Source: Candidatus Promineifilaceae bacterium
GTDB taxonomy: Bacteria; Chloroflexota; Anaerolineae; Promineifilales; Promineifilaceae
DNA length: 25,922 nt
Assembly (NCBI GenBank): GCA_041570685.1
Contig: JBFFVR010000001.1
Location: 1 to 25,922 of the forward strand
Reading direction: 5' to 3'
The position numbers and the translations under genes were made by a program. This document shows, piece by piece, positions 7,456 through 16,915 of the stretch (position 1 is its first letter; every line of letters begins with the position of its first letter). Below the pieces are notes generated by a model. That model ran no database searches and had not been told where the DNA came from. It worked only from the letters and a program-made list of their open reading frames with translations.

Positions 7456-9609
7456 ATGAATTTATCACGACAAATTGCTAGCCAACTAAAATTAGATCCA
7501 GAAAATGTTGAAGCCACGATCGAGTTGTTGGATGAAGGCAATACGATTCCATTTATAGCTCGTTATCGCAAAGAATTAACAGGTGCTATGGATGAGGATA
7601 AACTTCGCCAACTACAAGCCATGCTTGTTGGCTTGCGAAATCTAAACAAGCGGCGCCAGACGATTCTCGATACCATCGCCGGGCGAGAAAAGTTAACCCC
7701 GGAGCTGGAATCAAAGATTCTAGCGGCCGACAGCTTGACTCTTCTCGAAGATCTATATCGACCTTACAAACCAAAACGAAGAACCAGAGCGAGTATAGCT
7801 AAAGAGAAGGGGTTGCAAGGATTGGCTAAATTGATACTGCTGCAAACCAAAGATAGGCGGAATATAAAAGAGATCGCCACGCCCTTCTTAAGTGATGAAG
7901 TTCCAACTATAGAGGAAGCCTTCATGGGGGCGAGGGATATCGTTGCTGAAACGATCAGCGACAATGCTGAGGTGCGTCAAGTAGTGCGTGAAAAAGGCTT
8001 GCGTTGGGGGCGATTTACTGCCAATAAGATTGATACAGCTAAAGACGAGAGAGGAGTTTACAAAACCTATTACCAGTTTTCGGCACCCGTTTTTCGCTTA
8101 AAACCTTACCAGATATTGGCTATCAATCGCGGCGAGGCAGAAAAAGTTCTTAGGACAAAAATTGAGGTGCCTGAAAGAGATTGGCGACAGGCGTTAAATA
8201 CTGCTTACCGGACAGATCGACGTTCGATCTTGGCAGAACAACTTGATTTGGCCAAAGGAGACGCAGCGAAAAGATTATTGCTGCCGGCGATCGAGAGAGA
8301 TATACGCAGCACTTTGACAGACCAGTCAACCACTCATGCAATTTCGGTCTTTGCAGCAAACTTGCGAAACCTATTACTGCAACCACCATTATCCGGTAGA
8401 ATCATTTTGGGTATTGACCCGGGATATAGAACCGGTAGCAAAGTGGCCGTTGTCGATTCGACTGGTCGGGTACTGGATTCTGCAACCATCTATCCCCATC
8501 CACCACAAAAAAAGAAACAAGAGACGTTAAATTTATTGAAAAAGCTAATTCTTCATCATGGGGTCGAACTGATTGCTATTGGCAACGGCACTGCTTCTCG
8601 GGAGACTGAGCAGTTAGTGGCTCAATTGATCCAGGAAATGACTGACGATAACAGCAAGAACCAGGAGGAGTTACACTATCTAATCGTCAATGAAGCTGGG
8701 GCAAGTGTTTATAGCGCTAGTCCCTTGGCAAGAGCGGAATTACCAGATCTTGATGTAACGATTCGCGGCGCTGTTTCTATTGCCCGCCGGGTACAAGATC
8801 CGCTTGCGGAATTAGTGAAAATCGACAGCCGCTCGATCGGTGTTGGCATGTACCAGCATGATGTCAACCAGAAGGATCTAAGGAATGCGTTAGATAGTGT
8901 CGTCGAGTCAGTGGTCAACAAAGTTGGCGTTGAGGTAAACACAGCTTCGCCAGCCCTTTTAACCCACGTTGCTGGCGTTGGTCCCAAACTCGCCAATAAT
9001 ATCACCACTCATCGGGAGGAGAACGGGCCATTTTCCAATCGAACTGAACTAAGAAAAGTTGCTGGATTCGGGCCAAAATCATTTGAGCAAGCGGCCGGAT
9101 TTCTTCGAATTCAAAATGGCGACAATCCTCTAGACGCCAGCGCCATTCATCCGGAGAGCTATAATTTGGCCAGAGCGATTCTGGGGCGAGCCGGTTTATC
9201 AATTGAGATCCCGCCTGTCGAAAGAATAGATGCACTTGGGCAATGGCGTGCTGAAGAAGCGATGGAGACTTTGGCTACCGATTTAAGCGCTGGCGTACCG
9301 ACTATTAAGGACGTATTGGAGCAACTTGTCAGGCCAGGTCGCGATCCCCGTGAGGATCTTCCAGCGCCCATATTACGGAGTGATGTGCTTAGTCTAGATG
9401 ATCTAAAGCCAGGCATGAACTTGAAAGGAACAGTGCGAAACGTTGTCGACTTTGGCGCCTTTGTAGATATTGGTGTGAAGAATGATGGACTTTTACATCG
9501 AAGTCAGTGGCCGAATCCACCTAATTTTGCGGCCGGTGATGTCATAGAAGTTACTATTTTGCAGGTAGAAGCCGAACGAGGTCGAATATCACTAGGTTGG
9601 ATCGATTAA
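7456..9609 (+). CDS. tex: Tex/YhgF transcription accessory protein (YqgF-like, HhH and S1 domains)
   Basis: LLDEGNTIPFIARYRKE, LEDLYRPYKPKRRTRA, LGIDPGYRTG, VNEAGASVYSAS, SIARRVQDPLAELVKID, C-terminal S1 GTVRNVVDFGAFVDIGVK. Confidence 0.96.
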   Translation: MNLSRQIASQLKLDPENVEATIELLDEGNTIPFIARYRKELTGAMDEDKLRQLQAMLVGLRNLNKRRQTILDTIAGREKLTPELESKILAADSLTLLEDLYRPYKPKRRTRASIAKEKGLQGLAKLILLQTKDRRNIKEIATPFLSDEVPTIEEAFMGARDIVAETISDNAEVRQVVREKGLRWGRFTANKIDTAKDERGVYKTYYQFSAPVFRLKPYQILAINRGEAEKVLRTKIEVPERDWRQALNTAYRTDRRSILAEQLDLAKGDAAKRLLLPAIERDIRSTLTDQSTTHAISVFAANLRNLLLQPPLSGRIILGIDPGYRTGSKVAVVDSTGRVLDSATIYPHPPQKKKQETLNLLKKLILHHGVELIAIGNGTASRETEQLVAQLIQEMTDDNSKNQEELHYLIVNEAGASVYSASPLARAELPDLDVTIRGAVSIARRVQDPLAELVKIDSRSIGVGMYQHDVNQKDLRNALDSVVESVVNKVGVEVNTASPALLTHVAGVGPKLANNITTHREENGPFSNRTELRKVAGFGPKSFEQAAGFLRIQNGDNPLDASAIHPESYNLARAILGRAGLSIEIPPVERIDALGQWRAEEAMETLATDLSAGVPTIKDVLEQLVRPGRDPREDLPAPILRSDVLSLDDLKPGMNLKGTVRNVVDFGAFVDIGVKNDGLLHRSQWPNPPNFAAGDVIEVTILQVEAERGRISLGWID

Positions 9610-9983
9610 TGATATTAAGTCTTGCGGAATTTGATAATCTGGTTGTAGAAGCGTTGGATTTACTACCGGCGTACTTCCAGGAAAAGATGGAAAATGTGGA
9701 AGTGCTAGTCAAAACTTGGCCGAGCCGAGATGAATTACGCCGAGCCGGAGTGCCATCAAATCACACTTTACTAGGGCTATATACCGGCATCCCCTTAACC
9801 GAACGCACCCATGCATATGGTTTAGTTTTGCCTGATACGATCACTCTGTATCAGGGACCCATCGAAGATGCTGCGGGGAGACGAGAAGAAATCGTCCACG
9901 TTGTGCGGCATACAGTCATCCATGAAATTGCGCATCACTTCGGAATAAGTGATGATCGATTGCGCGAATTAGGCGCCTATTAA
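9609..9983 (+). CDS. Minimal zincin-like metallopeptidase (Zincin_1/DUF1025 family)
   Basis: LLGLYTGIPLTER, PDTITLYQGPI, VIHEIAHHFGISDD (HExxH). ATG at 9609 overlaps tex stop (TAATG); preferred over the track's TTG at 9597. Confidence 0.85.
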   Translation: MILSLAEFDNLVVEALDLLPAYFQEKMENVEVLVKTWPSRDELRRAGVPSNHTLLGLYTGIPLTERTHAYGLVLPDTITLYQGPIEDAAGRREEIVHVVRHTVIHEIAHHFGISDDRLRELGAY

Positions 9984-9994
9984 AGGATCTTATT

Positions 9995-10453
9995 ATGATT
10001 CGATCACCTTTGGCTCAAGAACTTAAACAGGCTGGCTTGCACTGGTTCCCCCAGTTACATGATTTCTTCATGATACCAGGTACGGAATTACAAGATCAAA
10101 CATTTGTAATCAGTGATATGACCATTGACCTTCAGAAGCGATTCGGCCGCCAGTTGATTACTTTTAATGGCGCTTTGGAATGGTCCTTGGACTATATCCT
10201 AACGGTTGACGCCGTATGGTTGCCAACGGAAGAGCAATTGCGCCAACAAATTCAAGATTACCTGGCCGGCGAACCTGAATCGGTGGTTGAACTAGTGTGC
10301 CAGATGAACACTTATACTTGCCAGATAACGATCCTAGGGAAAACGCTGGCCTTTGCGTCAGAAAAAGCCAGCGATGCCTACGGCCGAGCCCTCTTGTACA
10401 TTTTGAAGAATAGCCAGTTAGGAGGCCAAAATGCGTCGAAGCCGGTCGCCTAG
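9995..10453 (+). CDS. Conserved hypothetical protein
   Basis: 152-aa ORF 11 bp after previous stop, AAGGA SD. Pattern A..L..AGL.W.P..hD.F...FVISDMTI....FNG..EWSLD.....AVWLP.E.QLR resembles, from memory, an uncharacterised family also seen in Actinomycetota. Confidence 0.7.
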   Translation: MIRSPLAQELKQAGLHWFPQLHDFFMIPGTELQDQTFVISDMTIDLQKRFGRQLITFNGALEWSLDYILTVDAVWLPTEEQLRQQIQDYLAGEPESVVELVCQMNTYTCQITILGKTLAFASEKASDAYGRALLYILKNSQLGGQNASKPVA

Positions 10454-10468
10454 TTTGATCTCGATCGG

Positions 10469-10491
10469 GTTGATTTTAAAAATCAGCTTTT
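10469..10491 (+). terminator. Weak possible terminator between convergent genes
   Basis: GUUGAUUU/AAAUCAGC stem (one G.U), 3-nt loop, followed by UUUU; AU-rich, so weak. Confidence 0.35.
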
Positions 10492-10501
10492 CCCTAAATA
10501 C

Positions 10502-10927
10502 TCACCGGACGACTTCATATCCAGCTTGCTCCCAAGCTAAGATACCACCTTGCATATTATGAACGTTTGAAAAGCCATTTTGCTTCAAAAATTCGGTTAT
10601 CTGGCTGCTGCGGTTGCCGCTTCGGCAGGTAACAATGACTTCCTTATCGGTCGGTATCTTATCGAGATTTGCCGGCACCTCACCCATAGGTAAGAGATTA
10701 ACTCCCGGCAGGTGTGCTTCATCATATTCCCACTGCTCCCGGACATCCAATAAGTAGACATCCGGCCGATCTTTGATCGAAGCTACAGTGTGTACGTCAA
10801 CTTCTGCTGGTAGTTCTAGGACAGTTGCCTCCGCCCCAGATTCAAGAAGTGCCGTCGTGGGTTCTGCGCTACTGCAAGCTGCAAGAAGGAGAACGAATAG
10901 CAAAAGCACGGAGGTTCTGGTGATCAT
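10502..10927 (-). CDS. Rhodanese-like sulfurtransferase, predicted lipoprotein
   Basis: Signal peptide with lipobox LAAC; LLDVREQWEY..AHLPG; active-site loop CRSGNRS; NMQGGILAW. Confidence 0.88.
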   Translation of the reverse strand: MITRTSVLLLFVLLLAACSSAEPTTALLESGAEATVLELPAEVDVHTVASIKDRPDVYLLDVREQWEYDEAHLPGVNLLPMGEVPANLDKIPTDKEVIVTCRSGNRSSQITEFLKQNGFSNVHNMQGGILAWEQAGYEVVR

Positions 10928-11265
10928 CAGTTTATTTCCTTATGTTTGTATGAATCACGTAGGACTCTGTTGCCCATTGTGATTCAATCAATGACAGATA
11001 TTCGAATGGTACGGTAAAAGAACGGTTCGAGTTTCAAAACTCTTCTGATTATTAGATAGATTTTGCCTGTGAAGGTTACATTTTGCCATTCATTATTCAC
11101 ATAGATTATATCGATTCGGGCAGACCTTGCAGCTTTTTCAGCGATAAGTCATAACCCAAGTCCGTAACTTAGATTTTCCTCGCATTTTTGAATCTGGACG
11201 ATAGCGAACGGATATCATAAGATCTTCATACTTAAGGGCTTCATCAAAACATAAAGGAACAAAAC

Positions 11266-12132
11266 ATGAGACTTGTAACCTATATTCATGAAGACCAGTT
11301 CAAACCCGGGGTGTTGCGGGGTGAGGAGGTCATTGATATTTCAGAGGTCGCCCCGGATATTCTTAGCTTGATCGCGACGAGTGATCCAGGCCTGGTCCAA
11401 GTGCGGGAATTGTTGCAGTCCAATACCATTGGAATCCCGCTTGATATGGTTAAGTTGACCGCCCCGATTCCAGTCCCTAGAAGGAATATCATGTGCCTGG
11501 GTCTTAATTATGCTGAACATGCTGAAGAACATTATTCAGTCGCCGGACAGCAAACAGAACTACCCGAATATCCTCTAATCTTCAACAAGGCTACGACAGC
11601 CGCTAATGGTCCGTTCGATAATTTTTATTATGATACCGCAGTCACGGCCGAATTGGATTGGGAAGTAGAATTAGGCGTGATTATTGGCAAGGAAGGCAGA
11701 AATATCAGTGTTGATAAGGCCATGGATTACGTTTACGGTTATACCGTACTTAACGATCTAAGCGCTCGAGATTTGCAACGCTTTCATAATCAGTTCTTCA
11801 AAGGAAAAAGTCTTGATGGTTCTTGCCCTATGGGCCCATGGATCGTTACCAAAGATCAGCTGCCTGATCCGCAAAACTTGCAATTGGTTAGTCGGGTCAA
11901 TGGCCAGGTTAAACAGGATAGCAATACGAGTCTGATGATCTTCAATATACCGTCTATTATCCAACACCTGTCGTTTGGTATGTCTTTATTGCCAGGAGAT
12001 ATCGTCGCTACGGGAACGCCCAGTGGGGTTGGTTTTGCTCGAAAACCTCCAGAATTCCTTAAAGCAGGGGATGTTGTGGAATGCGAAGTTGAAGGCGTTG
12101 GGCTTATACGCAACGTTATTTCGGCCGCTTGA
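11266..12132 (+). CDS. Fumarylacetoacetate hydrolase (FAH) family protein
   Basis: CLGLNYAEH, DWEVELGVIIG, NDLSARDLQ, GKSLDGSCPMGP, GDIVATGTPSGVG. Confidence 0.93.
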   Translation: MRLVTYIHEDQFKPGVLRGEEVIDISEVAPDILSLIATSDPGLVQVRELLQSNTIGIPLDMVKLTAPIPVPRRNIMCLGLNYAEHAEEHYSVAGQQTELPEYPLIFNKATTAANGPFDNFYYDTAVTAELDWEVELGVIIGKEGRNISVDKAMDYVYGYTVLNDLSARDLQRFHNQFFKGKSLDGSCPMGPWIVTKDQLPDPQNLQLVSRVNGQVKQDSNTSLMIFNIPSIIQHLSFGMSLLPGDIVATGTPSGVGFARKPPEFLKAGDVVECEVEGVGLIRNVISAA

Positions 12133-12153
12133 AGCGTTGACTAGATCAGGGGA

Positions 12154-13146
12154 TTGGCGGTTAATTTGCGCGAATTATTCAATCAGTTGTTCTCCAGGCC
12201 CAGTGCAGAGCCGGGGGTGACAGAGCAGTCCGCCGGCACTTCTATCTCGCCATATCGTCCGAAGGTATTACTGGTCGTCTTCGATCCATTAGTCTTGTCA
12301 GAAGGCGGACGGCGATTGTCAGAAGTGCTGGGCTGGAATCAGGTAGACAATCTAATCGAGCAATATATAAACGACCTTCGTGCTGCCAGTGCTGGTTATT
12401 GCCACTACCAGATAGCGCACAGAGTTGAAGTTGATGGCTTCCCCGAAAAAATTGATGGATTTCGTTATTCAAGTGAACAGTACTTGGCTGCCTGGCACGC
12501 TCGAAGTGGCTTTCATGATCCCGATTGGGCTAACTATCGACGCATTCTCTCTGATGTTCGAGTAGTCGAGAGAGTGGCTGACCGGCAGATCGATGAAGTT
12601 TGGTTATTCGCCTTCCCATATGCAGGATTTTATGAATCACGGATGGCCGGCCCCGGAGCATTTTGGTGTAATTCGCCGCCACTAGATGGATATGAACATC
12701 TCGAGCGGCGTTTTATCGTCATGGGATTTAATTATGAACGAGGGGTAGGCGAAATGTTGGAGTCTCATGGTCACCGAGCAGAGTCGATTATGAGCCATGT
12801 ATTTCGAAATAAACGGGGAGAGGCTAATCTGTGGGATCGTTTCATACGTTATGATCGCAGTCATCCTGGACTCGCTGAAGTTGGCAATGTGCATTTCGCT
12901 CCTAACAGCCAGCGCGACTATGATTGGGGCAACAAGACCAAGGTTTTGAGTCGTTGTGACACTTGGTTGAATTTTCCTGATTTGTCTGGTCCTGCTCGAT
13001 CCGTGAATTGTTCAGAATGGGGCAACGGCGACACGCGCCAACATCATCTTTGGTGGTTCAGCCATATCCCACATGAAGCAGGCGAGCAAGCTGGGATCGC
13101 CAATAACTGGTGGCTATATATAACCGATCCGAATGCAGTTTTTTAG
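12154..13146 (+). CDS. Conserved hypothetical protein (Trp/His-rich, possible metalloprotein)
   Basis: 330-aa ORF 21 bp after the FAH gene; motif-like segments DEVWLF, GAFWCNSPP, MGFNYERGVGEMLESHGHRAES, GNVHFAPN, WWFSHIPH, NNWW. TTG start uncertain. Confidence 0.75.
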   Translation: MAVNLRELFNQLFSRPSAEPGVTEQSAGTSISPYRPKVLLVVFDPLVLSEGGRRLSEVLGWNQVDNLIEQYINDLRAASAGYCHYQIAHRVEVDGFPEKIDGFRYSSEQYLAAWHARSGFHDPDWANYRRILSDVRVVERVADRQIDEVWLFAFPYAGFYESRMAGPGAFWCNSPPLDGYEHLERRFIVMGFNYERGVGEMLESHGHRAESIMSHVFRNKRGEANLWDRFIRYDRSHPGLAEVGNVHFAPNSQRDYDWGNKTKVLSRCDTWLNFPDLSGPARSVNCSEWGNGDTRQHHLWWFSHIPHEAGEQAGIANNWWLYITDPNAVF

Positions 13147-13166
13147 GTGAAGGCTAGTATTAATTT

Positions 13167-14003
13167 TTATAGCTTTTTACGGTAGGCACCGAGGACTGTA
13201 TCAAATCCCAATAGCGGCGTAACAAGCACTTCTTGGGCTAGTGTTAGATCTAATCGAGTATCCCCAGGCCATTCGTCATCTGTCGGACCAATGGACAGGG
13301 TGTTTCTTGAACCAATTCCCCACCAATCAAGCAACTTAAGCCCAAATTCAGCTCGGCTCATTTCTTGGGATCCGGCAACATTGAGCGTGCCACGAAAGTT
13401 AATCACAGCCAATTCAAGACAGGCCAAGGCCAAGGTTAAGGCCCATGTTGGCTGGCGAAATTGGTTGTCAAATAAGACAACCTCATGACCTGCTTCAAGC
13501 GCTTCCTTAATCCAGCTTGTCGAATGATCCATAAGGCTCAGTCCGTAAATCAGGGAAGTGCGCACAATAACATGATTTGAATAATGACTCACGATCTCTT
13601 CTGCTTCCGCTTTAGCCCGGCCGTAGGCGTGAATTGGGGTTGGAGCATCGGTTTCTCGATAAGGAGCAGCCCGTCCGTCAAATAGCGCATCTGAGGATAA
13701 ATGGATTAATTTGGCATTCACTGTTTCTGCAGCAGCGGTGATGTGCCCTGTGCCTTGACGGATGACGGCATCCATATCCTGAGAACGATTAGAGCCGGCC
13801 GTATGAATGATGACATCGGGCTGAAACGCTGTAACTAGATTCTTAATTGGCTCATGGTCACGTAAGTCAATTCGCCTGCTCGCTGGGGAATTAAACGGAT
13901 CCTGGCGATAGATTGTGTAACGGGTTTCGAACTGACTAAAGGCGAGCGGAACCAGATGCTGGCCAAGAAAGCTCCCACCACCTGTTATCAAAAGTCTCTT
14001 CAC
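13167..14003 (-). CDS. Extended SDR, dTDP-4-dehydrorhamnose reductase (RmlD)-like
   Basis: LLITGGGSFLG, IIHTAG, IHLSSDALFDG, YRETDAPTPIHAYGRAK (YxxxK), DNQFRQPT; ATGA overlap with rnc stop. Confidence 0.85.
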   Translation of the reverse strand: MKRLLITGGGSFLGQHLVPLAFSQFETRYTIYRQDPFNSPASRRIDLRDHEPIKNLVTAFQPDVIIHTAGSNRSQDMDAVIRQGTGHITAAAETVNAKLIHLSSDALFDGRAAPYRETDAPTPIHAYGRAKAEAEEIVSHYSNHVIVRTSLIYGLSLMDHSTSWIKEALEAGHEVVLFDNQFRQPTWALTLALACLELAVINFRGTLNVAGSQEMSRAEFGLKLLDWWGIGSRNTLSIGPTDDEWPGDTRLDLTLAQEVLVTPLLGFDTVLGAYRKKL

Positions 14004-14740
14004 GCACCAGTTCCGGACAATGACTGCTTGCCTTTTTCGCCTTTGGCTTCCAAAATGGCTGCTTTTTTCAGAGCTGAGTCTGCTGCTTGTTGGGCGGCCT
14101 CTTGCTTGCTTGAGCCGTCCCCCACCCCCCAGTTTTCACCTGCTATCTGCACCGCAACCGTAAATATCTTGTCATGGTCGGGACCTTCGGCCGATAGCAC
14201 CTCGTAACGAGGGGTTTCATTGTATTGAGCTTGGGCCCAAATCTGAAATTCGCTTTTAGCATCCTTGTGGGCTGACTCGGCCAAAATATGATCCAAAGCA
14301 GGTGCGATAAAAGGTCGAACCCATTCCTCAACAACATCCAAACCCTGGTCGATGAAGATGGCGCCGACTATTGCCTCAAAGGCCGCACAGAGCGTTGGTG
14401 CACGCTCGCGTCCCCCTGATTCTGCCTCGCCATATCCCAGACGCAATGCTTCACCTACACCTAACTGCTGGGCAAAACTGGCTAGTGTTCTCGTTCTGAC
14501 GAGCGCTGCCCGCAGCATCGTCAATTCTCCTTCCTTCATTTCCGGAAATCTATGGTAAAGATAAGAACCGACTACGAAATCGAGGACAGCGTCGCCCAGG
14601 AACTCGAGTCTCTCATTATCCTCCAACGCTTTGTCCGGATTCTCATTTAGGAAAGAACGATGGGTTAATGCCCGGGTTAACAGAGAATAATCGTTGAAAT
14701 GAACGCCAAGACGTTCCTCAGTTTTCTGAAGTTCTTGCAT
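14000..14740 (-). CDS. rnc: Ribonuclease III
   Basis: ALTHRS, NERLEFLGDAVL, FEAIVGAIFID, dsRBD DAKSEFQ..AQ...P.Y...EGPDHDK.F..G.SK..A.Q.AA. Confidence 0.98.
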   Translation of the reverse strand: MQELQKTEERLGVHFNDYSLLTRALTHRSFLNENPDKALEDNERLEFLGDAVLDFVVGSYLYHRFPEMKEGELTMLRAALVRTRTLASFAQQLGVGEALRLGYGEAESGGRERAPTLCAAFEAIVGAIFIDQGLDVVEEWVRPFIAPALDHILAESAHKDAKSEFQIWAQAQYNETPRYEVLSAEGPDHDKIFTVAVQIAGENWGVGDGSSKQEAAQQAADSALKKAAILEAKGEKGKQSLSGTGA

Positions 14741-14828
14741 TATACAGGTGCATATGGCTAATCGAGATACATAGAAACAGGTCTAAGCCAGCGTTAGACT
14801 AATCCGTCAGGCGCGGCTATAGAAACGC

Positions 14829-16076
14829 TTAATCAACAAATTCTTTGAGTACTAGCACAGCATTATGGCCGCCAAATCCAAATGCATGGTTCAATGTCAC
14901 TTTTACGTCAGTTGGCCTTGCTTCATTAGGAATATAATCAAGATCACATTCAGGATCGGCGGTTTCATAATTGATTGTTGGGGGAACCATACGATCGCGA
15001 ATAGCAAGCAAACAAAAAACGCTCTCTATGGCTCCAGTTGCTCCCATGATATGTCCCGTCATTGATTTGGTTGAGCTAATGGGAACATCGTAGGCATGCT
15101 CGCCCAAGGCATGCTTAATGGACATGGTTTCATGAGAATCATTGAGCGGAGTTGCTGTTCCGTGGGCACTGATGTAATCCACGTCTGAAGGTTGCAGTCC
15201 CGCATCATCTAATGCCTTTGTTATCGCCTTGGCTGCGCCAACGCCACCTTCCGATGGCGCTGTTATATGATATGCGTCTGTCGTCTGCCCATAACCAACT
15301 ACCTCGCCGAGGATCGTTGCTCCCCGGTTTTTGGCATGTTCGAGGCTTTCCAATATGAGGATTCCTGCCCCTTCCCCAGGCACCAAACCATCGCGATTCT
15401 TGTCAAATGGCTGGGGAGTTTGGCTCGTTTTGTTAGATGTTGCGCCGGCTCGTTCAAATCCACCAACTGCAACCGATGTCATGATCGACTCGGAACCGCC
15501 AGAGATTATGACATCAGCTTGATTATCGCGGATCGCCCGAAAGGCATGTCCAATCGCATCGTTGCCAGCCGCACAGGCAGTAGTAATCGTGATGCTTGGT
15601 CCTTGCAGACCATAGTCAATTGCCAACATGCCCCCAGCTCCATTAGGCATGATCATAGTTATAGCAAAGGGACTTAGCCGGCGTAAGCCACGATTCATCA
15701 AGACATGCTCTTGTTCCACTAATGTCTGGATGCCACCTACGCCAGTACCTAAATAGATTCCGATGCGATCGCGATTTTCTTCGGTCACTTTCAAACCAGA
15801 TTGGGCAATGGCTTCATTCGTAGCAACCGTGGCCAACTGTTGGTAGCGATCTCTTCTCCTAGCTGCTTTCCGCCCAAGATAGACGCTGGCATCAAACTCT
15901 TTCACCTCACAAACACCAGCGAGACTGTGATCATCTCTATTCATCAAGGTGATATCACCAAATCCCGATTCTCCTGCAAGGAGAGCTGACCAGGTGTCTG
16001 CAGTGTTATGTCCTAATGGAGTCACTAACCCAGTGCCGGTAATTACTACTCGATTTCTTTTGTGATTATTCTCCAT
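14829..16076 (-). CDS. fabF: 3-oxoacyl-ACP synthase II
   Basis: RVVITGTGLVTPLG, catalytic TACAAG, HGTATPLND, SSTKSMTGHIMGA, AFGFGGHN. ATG at 16076 lies 7 nt from GGAG (16084-16087); the track start at 16079 is the adjacent TTG. Confidence 0.95.
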   Translation of the reverse strand: MENNHKRNRVVITGTGLVTPLGHNTADTWSALLAGESGFGDITLMNRDDHSLAGVCEVKEFDASVYLGRKAARRRDRYQQLATVATNEAIAQSGLKVTEENRDRIGIYLGTGVGGIQTLVEQEHVLMNRGLRRLSPFAITMIMPNGAGGMLAIDYGLQGPSITITTACAAGNDAIGHAFRAIRDNQADVIISGGSESIMTSVAVGGFERAGATSNKTSQTPQPFDKNRDGLVPGEGAGILILESLEHAKNRGATILGEVVGYGQTTDAYHITAPSEGGVGAAKAITKALDDAGLQPSDVDYISAHGTATPLNDSHETMSIKHALGEHAYDVPISSTKSMTGHIMGATGAIESVFCLLAIRDRMVPPTINYETADPECDLDYIPNEARPTDVKVTLNHAFGFGGHNAVLVLKEFVD

Positions 16077-16132
16077 CAAATATCTCCGTCAGTGCTTGCT
16101 AATCATGGCAATGACTTTTATTCAATCGCATT

Positions 16133-16852
16133 TCAGTTATCTTGCCCTGTTGGTCGGTATTGCCCTTCGACCCAAATGCTTTGATCCTTTCCTACTTCTT
16201 TCTTCCACACAGGAACAATTTCTTTGAGCCGGTCGATGCCGTATCTCGCTGCTTCGAAGGCGCCTTGATCGCGATGAGCGGCCGCACAGGCTACAATCGT
16301 TGTGGTTTCACCAATTTCTAGTTTACCAATACGTTGCACAATAGCAATGCCTTTTACCAGTGGCCACCGCTCCCAAATCTCTCGAGCGATTTGAGACATT
16401 TTTGATTCAGCCATTTCCTGGTACGACTCATATTCTAAATGTAGTGTTTTTGCCGGCAAGCCATCGCGCTTCGTTTCACCTCTTACGGATCCACTAAAGG
16501 TAACGATGGCGCCAATATCTGGCTGAATAAGCTGGGAATGAATTTCATTCAGATCTACATTTTCGGTGGTGATGGCAAAATACGTCGGATGGTGGTTGGT
16601 AGAATTACCTCCGCCACTCACTGGTGGGAATAGCGCCACCTCATCGCCCGGTTCAATGGGGGTGTCGAGGTCGGCAAAAGCCTTGTTTACAGCCACCAAG
16701 GCTGAAGGTAATGATGCAGACAAAGTTGGAAAGGATGTTGATATTACTTCCAATAGTGACCGCACATCGACCGGCTCTTCAGTTTCAACCTGGATCCGAT
16801 CCCTACCAGCACGATCCTTTAGCGTTGCGAAAAGGCGAATTTCAAGTTTCAT
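16133..16852 (-). CDS. Molybdopterin synthase MoaD-MoaE fusion (MoaX-like)
   Basis: N-terminal ubiquitin-like MoaD (IRLFATLKDRAG...VAVN...GDEVALFPPVSGG, Gly80-Gly81 from ATG 16852) in frame with MoaE (GAIVTFSGSVR, LEYESY..MAE, AHR..AFEA, LKEIVPVWKKE). Confidence 0.93.
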   Translation of the reverse strand: MKLEIRLFATLKDRAGRDRIQVETEEPVDVRSLLEVISTSFPTLSASLPSALVAVNKAFADLDTPIEPGDEVALFPPVSGGGNSTNHHPTYFAITTENVDLNEIHSQLIQPDIGAIVTFSGSVRGETKRDGLPAKTLHLEYESYQEMAESKMSQIAREIWERWPLVKGIAIVQRIGKLEIGETTTIVACAAAHRDQGAFEAARYGIDRLKEIVPVWKKEVGKDQSIWVEGQYRPTGQDN

Positions 16853-16915
16853 CAGCAATCAAGTATTCTAAATTCTTGTCTTCAAGATATAGGATAGGGT
16901 GCGAGCAGAGATCGT

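Noticed and set aside
10951-10986. TGAATCAC-N20-GTGATTCA inverted repeat upstream of the rhodanese gene
   Set aside because: Single 8-bp stem with no U-tract or known motif; insufficient to assign a function.
14738-14746. TGTATAAT extended -10 overlapping the rnc ATG, suggesting leaderless rnc
   Set aside because: The -10 overlaps the start codon itself, so transcription would begin inside the CDS, and no alternative start codon lies at that position.
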